This document shows positions 56,690 to 63,689 of a DNA stretch of 64,000 nucleotides, one piece after another; positions within the stretch are counted from its first letter, which is position 1, and every line of letters starts with the position of its first letter. The DNA is from a virus (Duplodnaviria > Heunggongvirae > Uroviricota > Caudoviricetes): positions 40,861-104,860 of IMG/VR virus record IMGVR_UViG_3300024507_000282; one strand, given 5' to 3'. Under the pieces are notes generated by a model that searched no databases, was not told where the DNA came from, and worked only from the letters and a program-made list of their open reading frames with translations. Position numbers and translations under genes: made by a program.

Positions 56690-57229
56690 ATGAAAACAGT
56701 TGGACATAAATTAGAAAAATTCGCAATTACTGGTGTTAAGCCAGGACAACCAGAAGATGCTTTCTTTGACATTACAGATGAAAGTTTTGCTGGCAAGTGG
56801 AAAGTAATCGTTTACTACCCAAAGGACTTCACATTCGTTTGCCCTACAGAGATTGTAGCCTACGATAAACTAGCAGGTGACTTTGCTGACCGTGACGCAG
56901 TATTGCTAACAGGTAGCACAGATAACGAGTTTTGTAAAATCGCATGGCAAAAAGCACACCCAGACTTACAGAAAATTACACATACACAATTTGCAGACAC
57001 ACAGCGTGGCGAGTTGTCATTGATTGAGCAGTTGGGTGTATTTTATGCTCCAGCAGGTGCGGCTCTACGTGCTACATTTATTGTTGACCCAGAGAACGTT
57101 ATCCAGCACGTTACTGTCAACAACTTGAACGTTGGTCGTAGCCCAGAAGAAACTTTACGTATTCTTGATGCGCTACAAACTGGTGAGTTGTGCGCTTGTA
57201 ACCGTACAGTAGGCGGCGAAACTCTTTGA
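56690..57229 (+). CDS. ahpC: peroxiredoxin (AhpC/TSA family)
   Basis: AAGGAGAAACAA-ATG; peroxidatic Cys in FTFVCPTEI; C-terminal Cys pair LCACN. Confidence 0.8.
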   Translation: MKTVGHKLEKFAITGVKPGQPEDAFFDITDESFAGKWKVIVYYPKDFTFVCPTEIVAYDKLAGDFADRDAVLLTGSTDNEFCKIAWQKAHPDLQKITHTQFADTQRGELSLIEQLGVFYAPAGAALRATFIVDPENVIQHVTVNNLNVGRSPEETLRILDALQTGELCACNRTVGGETL

Positions 57230-57240
57230 TAGGATCAATT

Positions 57241-57663
57241 ATGCTTGATTGTTTAATCCTAGGCGATAGCCTAGCAGTAGGAGTAGGACAAGTTCGTACA
57301 GAATGTGTTACTCGTGCTAAGAGTGGCATTAACAGTTATGACTATGTTAATCGTCATGTGTTACACACTCAGGGCACTACACAGGCAAAAAATGTAATCA
57401 TTAGTCTAGGGTCAAACGATACAGCAAAAATAAACACAGTGGAGGAACTAGACAGTCTAAGACAACTAGTAGACGCCACTCGTGTTTATTGGATTGTACC
57501 TAATATCAAGGACGATAAGAGACGGGCAGTTCTTGCAGTAGCAGAAAAATACAAGGACTTTGTAATAGATGCTAGAAAGCACGAAACTAGCCCGGATCAC
57601 GTACACCCAACTTACAAAGGCTATAAAAGCATAGCCAAAGCAACTAAAGGAGACACACTATGA
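57241..57663 (+). CDS. GDSL/SGNH-like hydrolase-fold protein
   Basis: block I LILGDSLAVGVG; AGGA SD before ATG 57241. Confidence 0.45.
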   Translation: MLDCLILGDSLAVGVGQVRTECVTRAKSGINSYDYVNRHVLHTQGTTQAKNVIISLGSNDTAKINTVEELDSLRQLVDATRVYWIVPNIKDDKRRAVLAVAEKYKDFVIDARKHETSPDHVHPTYKGYKSIAKATKGDTL

Positions 57664-58178
57664 CACAATGGGTTGATCAATTAAAAGAAGGTTTACCAGA
57701 ATACGCCAAGGACACAAAACTAAATCTGGATGCAGTAATCAAGCGTAGTACACTATCAGATGTTGTAGAAGCAGAAGGTTGTGCATTGGCCGCGGCTATG
57801 AGCACCGGCAATGGAAAATTGATTAGTTTCATCATGAGCAACATCACAGACGAAAAAGAACGTGATGCCGCGATGACCGCTGGTTCAATTATGGCACAGA
57901 ACAACGTTTGGTATCCATATGTTGAGATGGCAGACGATGAGCAACTAAAGGGCTTGCCAGCACAGTTACGCATGAACGCTATCGCAAGCCATGGCGGAAC
58001 TACCAAGGCTCGCTTTGAAGCATACAGTCTTGCCGCAAGTATTGTTGGCAAGTGTCATTTCTGTGTTAAGGCGCACTACGAAACATTGAAGAAGGAAGGC
58101 TACACCGTAGAACAACTTCGTGACATCGGACGTATTGCCGCAGTGATCAATAGTCTAGCAAAAGTACTAAACGGTTAA
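57660..58178 (+). CDS. ahpD: AhpD-family alkylhydroperoxidase (carboxymuconolactone decarboxylase fold)
   Basis: AhpD core motif KCHFCVKAH; ATGA coupling. Confidence 0.7.
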   Translation: MTQWVDQLKEGLPEYAKDTKLNLDAVIKRSTLSDVVEAEGCALAAAMSTGNGKLISFIMSNITDEKERDAAMTAGSIMAQNNVWYPYVEMADDEQLKGLPAQLRMNAIASHGGTTKARFEAYSLAASIVGKCHFCVKAHYETLKKEGYTVEQLRDIGRIAAVINSLAKVLNG

Positions 58179-58235
58179 TACAAAAGTGTGGCGGTTTTCA
58201 AAATGTTGCAAAATCGCCACATTTCAACATAGGTA

Positions 58236-58264
58236 TTGACAAGTTTTATAAATACTCATATAAT
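58236..58264 (+). promoter_or_regulatory. perfect-consensus sigma70 promoter TTGACA-N17-TATAAT
   Basis: exact hexamers. Confidence 0.55.
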
Positions 58265-58328
58265 ACAAATATTGTAAAGCAATCACTTTCCACAAAACAT
58301 TAGGTTGTCCAAAAAAGACAAAAAGATG

Positions 58329-58357
58329 TTGACAAAGATGTTGAAAGGCATTACAAT
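58329..58357 (+). promoter_or_regulatory. sigma70-like promoter TTGACA-N17-TACAAT
   Basis: second tandem promoter 90 nt downstream. Confidence 0.5.
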
Positions 58358-58415
58358 ACAAAGACAGTAGCAATTCCGCTACAACTTTTAAGAAGGTAAG
58401 AAAAAGAGAAACAAA

Positions 58416-58577
58416 ATGCAAACGATTAGTTTACATAGACAAACGATATCTAAACAAGCCAAAGCGCCGGCATGTATGTCCGCCTATTGGTCACAGTTTA
58501 GTAATGTCGGGCTAGGTCTAGGTAATGATCGTACACCTGAGATTATCGTAGGGTTCTTGGAGGATCGTGTAAGTTAA
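58416..58577 (+). CDS. small ORF (53 aa)
   Basis: ATG after tandem promoters, weak SD. Confidence 0.3.
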   Translation: MQTISLHRQTISKQAKAPACMSAYWSQFSNVGLGLGNDRTPEIIVGFLEDRVS

Positions 58578-58603
58578 CAGTAACATACACAATAACTTTT
58601 AAG

Positions 58604-58640
58604 AACCCTGGACTAAAAACCCAGGGTTTTTTGTTTTGTA
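58604..58640 (+). terminator. intrinsic terminator
   Basis: CCCTGGactaaaaaCCCAGGG + T-rich run. Confidence 0.65.
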
Positions 58641-59021
58641 AGATTTGGAAATGAAAATGAATTTTGAAGATTTTAGAAAACAGAAAAGTGCCAAAGTGCT
58701 AAGTGAGCATGAACTGGACGACGATGCTTTTGAAAAACTCATCGAAGAAAAGTTTAATCGTGCTCGTGCTTATCACACAGCACTTTACAAGAGAGAAGTT
58801 GAGCTCGTAGAGCAAGACTAATCTCAAACGTGTTATAGGGAACGCGACCCTGCCTGCACGTAAAACATGGGCTTAATGTGGGCGGCCTACCGGATGGTAA
58901 GTTCTAGGCGATAACTAGAATGTGTAAAAAGGTAGCGTATTAAAGCATACTGCCGAACAATCAAATGGCAGTAGCCGATGAGTAGTATGCTTTAATACAC
59001 ACTTTCGAAAGAGAGTGTTAT

Positions 59022-59096
59022 GTATCCCTAGTGTTAATGGCAGCACGACAGTCTCCAAAACTGCTAGTCGGGGTTCGAGTCCCTGGGGGTACGCCA
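59022..59096 (+). tRNA. tRNA-Trp (CCA)
   Basis: acceptor GTATCCC/GGGGTAC, D GTGT/GCAC, AC loop CTCCAAA, T-arm GTCGG-GGTTCGAGT-CCCTG region, CCA encoded. Confidence 0.75.
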
Positions 59097-59101
59097 ATAA
59101 T

Positions 59102-59179
59102 GCAACGGTGGCAGAGAGGCCCAATGCAACGGATTGCAAATCCGTAAAACCGTCAGTTCAAATCTGACCCGTTGCTCCA
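59102..59179 (+). tRNA. tRNA-Cys (GCA)
   Basis: acceptor GCAACGG/CCGTTGC, AC stem ACGGA/TCCGT loop TTGCAAA, T-arm GTCAG-TTCAAAT-CTGAC. Confidence 0.7.
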
Positions 59180-59187
59180 GGTTATAT

Positions 59188-59277
59188 CCCCCGTTAGCTC
59201 ATGGAGAGCAGGTCGGCTTATAACCGATTAATCTAGATAAGGTCCAGGATGAGGTTCGATTCCTCAACGGGGGACCA
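59188..59277 (+). tRNA. 90-nt tRNA with long variable region; anticodon loop CTTATAA (UAU, Ile2-like?)
   Basis: acceptor CCCCCGT/ACGGGGG, AC stem GTCGG/CCGAT, T-arm TGAGG-TTCGATT-CCTCA; D and variable arms atypical. Confidence 0.45.
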
Positions 59278-59290
59278 TAAGGAGAATATT

Positions 59291-59353
59291 ATGGCAGTAC
59301 TTGTAGTGTTAGTTATAATGTTCGTGTTGTATCAAGTTTTGAAAAAATATTAA
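59291..59353 (+). CDS. 20-aa hydrophobic micro-ORF inside tRNA array
   Basis: strong GGAG SD 6 nt upstream; MAVLVVLVIMFVLYQVLKKY. Confidence 0.25.
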   Translation: MAVLVVLVIMFVLYQVLKKY

Positions 59354-59448
59354 AAGGAGAGTAGCATGAAACGTGCTAAACGTTAGTGTCACTCTAGATC
59401 TCCCGTATGGTCTAGGGTTGGCACGTAAAATCAAATCAATACGTACAA

Positions 59449-59524
59449 CCCTGTTTAGCGTCAATGGTAGCGCACTTGACTCTTAATCAATGAGGTGTGA
59501 GTTCGAATCTCACAGCAGGGACCA
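59449..59524 (+). tRNA. tRNA-Lys (CTT)
   Basis: acceptor CCCTGTT/AGCAGGG (G.U), D GCGT/GCGC, AC loop CTCTTAA, T-arm GTGAG-TTCGAAT-CTCAC. Confidence 0.6.
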
Positions 59525-59527
59525 TAT

Positions 59528-59602
59528 GGGGGTATAACTTAATGGTTAAAGTAGCGGGCTTTTAACCCGTAAATCAGAGTTCGATTCTCTGTGCCCCTAC
59601 CA
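59528..59602 (+). tRNA. tRNA-Lys (TTT)
   Basis: acceptor GGGGGTA/TGCCCCT (two G.U), D ACTT/AAGT, AC GCGGG/CCCGT loop CTTTTAA, T-arm CAGAG-TTCGATT-CTCTG. Confidence 0.7.
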
Positions 59603-59784
59603 TATGAAAGCATTCTTAACTGGTCGCATAGCGTCAGTAGTAAGGACGGGCCACCATCTTATGACGAAAAAGGCATAAGAGTGCTTCCATATGGTAGTGT
59701 ATAAAAACAAACTAACCACAGCCAGGAACTATAGACTCTGGGTGCATAGCGCATTGTCGTTAGTTTCTTTTTGTATAGTATTAT

Positions 59785-59858
59785 TCCTGGATAGTTAAAT
59801 GGTATAACAATCGGCTGATAACCGGTCATTCTGAGTTCAATTCTCGGTCCAGGAACCA
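59785..59858 (+). tRNA. tRNA-Ile (GAT)
   Basis: acceptor TCCTGGA/TCCAGGA, D GTTA/TAAC, AC ATCGG/CCGGT loop CTGATAA, T-arm CTGAG-TTCAATT-CTCGG. Confidence 0.7.
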
Positions 59859-59864
59859 ATTTAC

Positions 59865-59939
59865 ATAGCGTTCGACTTCTGGGGAGGTCATCACCCTTTC
59901 AAGGTGACTAGGCGGGTTCGATCCCCGTACGCTATACCA
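59865..59939 (+). tRNA. tRNA-Glu (TTC)
   Basis: acceptor ATAGCGT/ACGCTAT, D GACT/GGTC, AC TCACC/GGTGA loop CTTTCAA, T-arm GCGGG-TTCGATC-CCCGT. Confidence 0.75.
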
Positions 59940-60024
59940 GAGCAAATAGAGATCTTGTGGGTTCATCCATGTTCTCTCAATGTTTGTTAGTTTCAATGGG
60001 TGGTATAGAAACTAACACCAATTT

Positions 60025-60099
60025 GGGGGCAGTAGTGGGCTACGGTCTTCCCTTGCAAGGAAGATGTCTAGAAGGATTCGATTTCCTCGGCCTCCACCA
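60025..60099 (+). tRNA. tRNA-Ala (TGC) with G3:U70
   Basis: acceptor GGGGGCA/GGCCTCC gives G3.U70; AC CTTCC/GGAAG loop CTTGCAA; T-loop TTCGATT; D-arm poorly formed. Confidence 0.55.
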
Positions 60100-60101
60100 A
60101 A

Positions 60102-60179
60102 TTTGCGACAATGGTGGGTTAACCGGCCTTGCCGGGGCATTCTAGATTACCGCGAAGGTTCGAGTCCTTCGGTCGCAAT
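60102..60179 (+). tRNA. tRNA-like element (T-arm and acceptor pairing but no clean anticodon arm); possible pseudo-tRNA, no CCA
   Basis: T-arm GAAGG-TTCGAGT-CCTTC; TGCGAC(A) pairs with GGTCGCA; middle region does not fold canonically. Confidence 0.3.
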
Positions 60180-60188
60180 TATTTTTAT

Positions 60189-60266
60189 CTCTGCGTAATG
60201 TCAATCTGGTAGACGGCCTGATCTGGAGTCAGGAGGCTGTACGTTCGAATCGTACCGTGGAGACCA
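60189..60266 (+). tRNA. tRNA, anticodon loop TCTGGAG (UGG, Pro-like; C33)
   Basis: acceptor CTCTGCG/CGTGGAG (two G.U), AC CCTGA/TCAGG, T-arm GTACG-TTCGAAT-CGTAC. Confidence 0.55.
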
Positions 60267-60271
60267 ATTTT

Positions 60272-60346
60272 GCCCTTGTATCCTTAGTGGTAGAGGTCCT
60301 GTTTTGTAAGCAGGGTGTGGTGGTTCGATTCCATCCTGGGGCACCA
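60272..60346 (+). tRNA. tRNA, anticodon loop TTTGTAA (UGU, Thr-like)
   Basis: acceptor GCCCTTG/CTGGGGC (one U.U), AC CCTGT/GCAGG, T-arm GGTGG-TTCGATT-CCATC. Confidence 0.6.
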
Positions 60347-60572
60347 AGTTTTGTAAGTGTCAGCAAGAGAATGTCACGCTATTGTAGGTAAGTTCGAACT
60401 ACCTTAATAGTAAAAGGGGACGGGTTCAACTCCCGGGGGATCGGAAGATCCCTGCAGATTGGTTGCTAACTGGACTAGTATCCCAAGTGACGTACCGAGT
60501 CCCAGCCGGCTTTATATACATGGGTGAATGGTTGCTATAACGATGGGGCAACTACTTACAAATTCAATCTGT
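60347..60572 (+). ncRNA. 226-bp tRNA-free spacer with two tRNA top-half-like minihelices and hairpins (candidate small stable RNAs)
   Basis: CTATT..GGTAAGTTCGAACTACC..AATAG minihelix; ACGGGTTCAACTCCCG T-arm-like element; GGGATCggaaGATCCC and GTTGC..GCAAC hairpins; no ORF. Confidence 0.3.
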
Positions 60573-60646
60573 TGGCCTATGGTGTAATGGTAACACAACT
60601 GACTTTGACTCAGTCGTTCCAGGTTCGAGTCCTGGTAGGCCTGCCA
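60573..60646 (+). tRNA. tRNA-Gln (TTG)
   Basis: acceptor TGGCCTA/TAGGCCT, D GTGT/ACAC, AC ACTGA/TCAGT loop CTTTGAC, T-arm CCAGG-TTCGAGT-CCTGG. Confidence 0.7.
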
Positions 60647-60653
60647 ATTTTAA

Positions 60654-60730
60654 CGGTCCTTAACTCAATGGATTAGAGTGCCAGTCTTCGAAACTGGAGG
60701 TTGGGAGTTCGAGTCTCTCAGGGCCGGCCA
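60654..60730 (+). tRNA. tRNA-Arg (TCG)
   Basis: acceptor CGGTCCT/AGGGCCG, D ACTC/GAGT, AC CCAGT/ACTGG loop CTTCGAA, T-arm GGGAG-TTCGAGT-CTCTC. Confidence 0.65.
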
Positions 60731-60732
60731 AT

Positions 60733-60807
60733 GGTGTTGCTAGTGTAGTGGTCCGCACGGCTGTCTGTGAAACAGTAAGGCAGGGTTCGATTCCCGGCTT
60801 CACCCCA
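60733..60807 (+). tRNA. tRNA-His (GTG), acceptor with two U.U mismatches
   Basis: D GTGT/GCAC, AC GCTGT/ACAGT loop CTGTGAA, T-arm CAGGG-TTCGATT-CCCGG, CCCCA 3' end; acceptor register ambiguous. Confidence 0.5.
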
Positions 60808-60813
60808 AATATC

Positions 60814-60889
60814 GCCGCTTTAGCAAATGTGGTCATTGCACCGGTTTGAAGCACCGAGGAACTTGGTTCGATCCCAAGGGGCGGCACCA
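60814..60889 (+). tRNA. tRNA-Phe (GAA)
   Basis: acceptor GCCGCTT/GGGCGGC (two G.U), D GCAA/TTGC, AC loop TTGAAGC, T-arm CTTGG-TTCGATC-CCAAG. Confidence 0.7.
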
Positions 60890-60896
60890 TAATTAT

Positions 60897-60973
60897 GCCC
60901 TTGTACGCTAATTGGTAATGCGAATGGATTTAAAATCCGTTGTGTGTAGGTTCGAATCCAACCAAGGGTACCA
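60897..60973 (+). tRNA. tRNA with anticodon UAA (Leu codon UUA) but short type-I variable arm
   Basis: acceptor GCCCTTG/CAAGGGT (G1.U72), AC ATGGA/TCCGT loop TTTAAAA, T-arm GTAGG-TTCGAAT-CCAAC, discriminator A. Confidence 0.55.
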
Positions 60974-60974
60974 T

Positions 60975-61046
60975 GCCTCTGCTGATGGAGCAGTGCCAGG
61001 TCTTCTAAACCAGGTTATAGTAGTTCGAATCTACTCAGAGGCGCCA
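60975..61046 (+). tRNA. tRNA-Arg (TCT), short (72 nt)
   Basis: acceptor GCCTCTG/CAGAGGC, AC CAGGT/ACCAG (one A.A) loop CTTCTAA, T-arm AGTAG-TTCGAAT-CTACT. Confidence 0.55.
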
Positions 61047-61048
61047 AG

Positions 61049-61122
61049 GCTCTTGTAGGTAAATGGTATACCAGTGTCTTGGTACGACACAATCGAAAGT
61101 TCGATTCTTTCCTTGAGCACCA
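61049..61122 (+). tRNA. tRNA-Thr (GGT), acceptor with two U.U mismatches
   Basis: acceptor GCTCTTG/CTTGAGC, D GGTA/TACC, AC GTGTC/GACAC loop TTGGTAC, T-arm GAAAG-TTCGATT-CTTTC. Confidence 0.65.
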
Positions 61123-61127
61123 GATAT

Positions 61128-61205
61128 ACCCCTGTGGACAAATTGGTAAAGTCGTCTCTCTCAAAAGGAGAAGTTCTCTCCGTTCGAATCGGAGCAGGGG
61201 TACCA
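61128..61205 (+). tRNA. tRNA with anticodon CAA (Leu codon UUG), short variable arm
   Basis: acceptor ACCCCTG/CAGGGGT, AC TCTCT/GGAGA loop CTCAAAA, T-arm CTCCG-TTCGAAT-CGGAG. Confidence 0.5.
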
Positions 61206-61251
61206 CATTTGTAGCAGATTCTATCTACAACGAATTATACAAGTAAAACAA

Positions 61252-61341
61252 CGAAGCGTGGCAGAGTCCGGTTTATTGCACCTGTCTTGAAAACAGACGA
61301 TCCGAAAGGGTCCGTGAGTTCGAATCTCACCGCTTCGGCCA
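61252..61341 (+). tRNA. tRNA-Ser (TGA), type II
   Basis: acceptor CGAAGCG/CGCTTCG, AC loop CTTGAAA, variable arm GATCCgaaaGGGTC, T-arm GTGAG-TTCGAAT-CTCAC. Confidence 0.65.
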
Positions 61342-61348
61342 AAAGGTG

Positions 61349-61377
61349 TTGACTTGTTTAACAGTTGATCGTATAAT
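61349..61377 (+). promoter_or_regulatory. sigma70-like promoter TTGACT-N17-TATAAT inside tRNA array
   Basis: consensus hexamers 9 nt before tRNA-Ser(GCT). Confidence 0.55.
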
Positions 61378-61385
61378 ACAAATAT

Positions 61386-61480
61386 AGTGAGTTGGCCGAG
61401 CTGGTCGAAGGCACCTTCCTGCTAAGAAGGCATTCCTGCAAAAACGGGGATCAAGGGTTCGAATCCCTTACTCACTGCCA
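61386..61480 (+). tRNA. tRNA-Ser (GCT), type II
   Basis: acceptor AGTGAGT/ACTCACT, AC CCTTC/GAAGG loop CTGCTAA, long variable arm, T-arm AAGGG-TTCGAAT-CCCTT. Confidence 0.65.
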
Positions 61481-61487
61481 AAATGTC

Positions 61488-61516
61488 TTGACTAGTTTCT
61501 AAAGTTCATATACAAT
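61488..61516 (+). promoter_or_regulatory. sigma70-like promoter TTGACT-N17-TACAAT inside tRNA array
   Basis: hexamers about 50 nt before tRNA-Tyr. Confidence 0.5.
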
Positions 61517-61567
61517 AGAGACTAGTTAAGAAATTAACCTAGTTCTTTAAAAATTTCAAGCAGATAT

Positions 61568-61653
61568 GGATGTGTAGGAAAATTGGTAACCCCAGTGGAC
61601 TGTAAATCCGCCGCCTTACGGCACTGCTGGTTCGACTCCAGCCGCATCCACCA
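61568..61653 (+). tRNA. tRNA-Tyr (GTA), type II
   Basis: acceptor GGATGTG/CGCATCC, AC GTGGA/TCCGC loop CTGTAAA, variable hairpin GCCttacGGC, T-arm GCTGG-TTCGACT-CCAGC. Confidence 0.7.
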
Positions 61654-62793
61654 TTAAGAAATAGCATTGACGGGTATCGTCTATGGACGCATAGACTTAT
61701 GAAGGATAAGGCCATCTTACCCTTCTGAGAAAACCGTGAACAATGGCTTATGAGGAGAATCGAACTCCACTCAGAAATACGTTTCATCCCATAGGGTGTA
61801 ATGTTATTTTTTAATGGTAAAAATTTAAGGGTAGTTTATTATCCTGTTGGCGGTTCGCCGTTGACGAAGAATAAGTTGAGTGATCAACCCAAAGGAGGTA
61901 AGCCTACGCAACTCCGCCAGTAATGGTTCATGTAAACAAGCCTGCTCACTACCGCGAGGTAGCGTTCACTGAGAAGACCGGTGGATGTAACAATGAAGCA
62001 AGTGTTAGGGAAAGAATGTGTATCGACTGGCCCGCAAGGGAACCAGGGTGCATGAAAAGTAACGGGTGGTGCTGACTTCCTAACAAAACCAACTTGCGAA
62101 TTGGTATGAGAAAGGGTAGTGTATTTGTCCAAGGGGTCGCTCCTAAGGGCTTGTATGCAATATTAATGGTTAGTGGACTGTTTTGATGCAGGACATTGAT
62201 CGTGAAATATCACTGAGTAGTCCGCGAGACAAAAGGTATGTGGTGAGTTGTATTCAGTAATCCAAAAGGTTATTGAGCAACAGAGGCAGCTCATCGCGGT
62301 AGGTTTGATATAGCGTAATGGTAACGCAATTGCCTCTTAAGCAATGGACTGTTGGTTCGATCCCAACTATCGATTATAAAATGCAAAGACTGCCTCGGTC
62401 ATATGTGAAAAGCATCTAATACTCGAGCCGCAAGGTAATCGAGTCAGACGTAGCTCGCAAGGTGAAATCTGTTTATGCTGGAAGTTTCGTAAGTGGTTAG
62501 CGCCGCTGAATGGCTCGCAAGGTCAACGGAGTAGATAGCGTAGAATAGCATATGGCGACAAGACTACTGCCTGTCTTTAAAAACGGCGATGCTGATAGTG
62601 GACATAGGTACAGTAATGGCTTATGTGGATGTCTAGAGAAGGTTGGCTCGCAAGGCTGACTATAATGCTAGAGGCACTATTGGCTAACGTATAATCTCAG
62701 CGTTAGCACTATTCTAAAACACATTAGCTCGAACCGAATAACGGCATTATAAATGCTTCTGGTAGTTGGTTAGTGTGTTTCAGAATAGAATTT
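61654..62793 (+). ncRNA. 1.1-kb ORF-poor spacer in the tRNA array carrying a repeated GCYCGCAAGG motif (5 copies) and many hairpins; candidate structured RNA(s)
   Basis: no + strand ORF over 60 aa; motif at 62029, 62425, 62451, 62511, 62643; one pseudo-tRNA inside. Confidence 0.35.
62297..62366 (+). pseudogene. tRNA-like pseudogene (D-arm, CTT anticodon arm, T-arm present; acceptor stem unpaired)
   Basis: D GCG/CGC, AC ATTGC/GCAAT loop CTCTTAA, T-arm GTTGG-TTCGATC-CCAAC; no 7-bp acceptor helix, no CCA. Confidence 0.35.
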
Positions 62794-62870
62794 GCACCGT
62801 TAGCTCAGTTGGTCAGAGCGCCGGCCTGTCACGTCGGAGGCCAGGGGTTCAAGTCCCCTACGGTGCGCCA
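62794..62870 (+). tRNA. tRNA-Asp (GTC)
   Basis: acceptor GCACCGT/ACGGTGC, D GCTC/GAGC, AC CCGGC/GTCGG loop CTGTCAC, T-arm AGGGG-TTCAAGT-CCCCT. Confidence 0.8.
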
Positions 62871-62884
62871 AGATAACTATTAAT

Positions 62885-63688
62885 ATGAAAACACTTTTAA
62901 TTTTAGGAGATTGCCAAAGTAATGGCAATAATTGTTTGGCTGGTGACATAGTCAACGACGATGCTCCGAGGACTTGGAGTCTACGTTTCCATAATGATTT
63001 TAGAAGTGTTTTTAAATGGTATCTAAAACATAGAAAAGAAAACAATGTTACAACACCTATGCCCAATGGCAATATGGAAAATGTTGTTTGGCATTATCTA
63101 TGGGAAGAAGAACAAAAAGCCGCATGGCCTAATTTCTTAAATGTTTCCAATGTAGTTAATATATCTATTAACGGTGGACATTTTATAGGTCATCACAAAA
63201 GATTAAAACAGTACCTAGCAGAGAATCCTAAACCGGATCATGTATTAGTTACAGATTACACGTTTAGTCATATAGCACACAGTTTCAAATATAACAATCA
63301 ACGATATGTATTTGAACGTGAAAATTATGTAGACGGAGAATGGAATCCAGATAGATATCCAATTGAAGTTCATAAAAAGCGATTAAACGGTATTGCTTTT
63401 CAAAAAAGTCAAAGCAAAGATTGGCATATTCGTAGACATAGAAATGGTTACAATATGTTAATTAAGTTTTTAGATTCTCAAAATATTAAATGGACGACTG
63501 TTAGGTTTGGAGATCCTAATCCTGACAACTCAGAAATTTTTAAAGAGTTTATGCACACTGGTATAGATTGTACTGAATACGGAAAACAGTATATGAGTGC
63601 TAATGGTGAGAATGCAAAAATTAAATTGTCTGTGCAAGAAAAAATTGCAACGACAATTCAGGAATACTTAAATAGTATTGTCAGTTAA
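62885..63688 (+). CDS. AT-rich hypothetical protein embedded in tRNA array (possible Cys-variant GDSL/SGNH-like fold)
   Basis: 267 aa ORF; N-terminal LILGDCQSNGNN resembles SGNH block I with Cys in place of Ser; lower GC than surroundings. Confidence 0.45.
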   Translation: MKTLLILGDCQSNGNNCLAGDIVNDDAPRTWSLRFHNDFRSVFKWYLKHRKENNVTTPMPNGNMENVVWHYLWEEEQKAAWPNFLNVSNVVNISINGGHFIGHHKRLKQYLAENPKPDHVLVTDYTFSHIAHSFKYNNQRYVFERENYVDGEWNPDRYPIEVHKKRLNGIAFQKSQSKDWHIRRHRNGYNMLIKFLDSQNIKWTTVRFGDPNPDNSEIFKEFMHTGIDCTEYGKQYMSANGENAKIKLSVQEKIATTIQEYLNSIVS

Positions 63689-63689
63689 T

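Noticed and set aside
59603-59784. A tRNA in the 180-bp gap between tRNA-Lys(TTT) and tRNA-Ile, where GGGCCACCA looks like a tRNA 3' end
   Set aside because: No T-loop motif, no complementary 5' acceptor strand and no cloverleaf could be drawn; it is left as spacer.
59659-62132. Minus-strand ORFs of 62-82 aa (59659-59859, 60660-60890, 61015-61206, 61539-61787, 61884-62132, also 62800-63072 and + strand 59957-60145) inside the tRNA array
   Set aside because: They run antisense across or through well-folded tRNA genes, have no SD, and are the length expected by chance in this AT-biased spacer.
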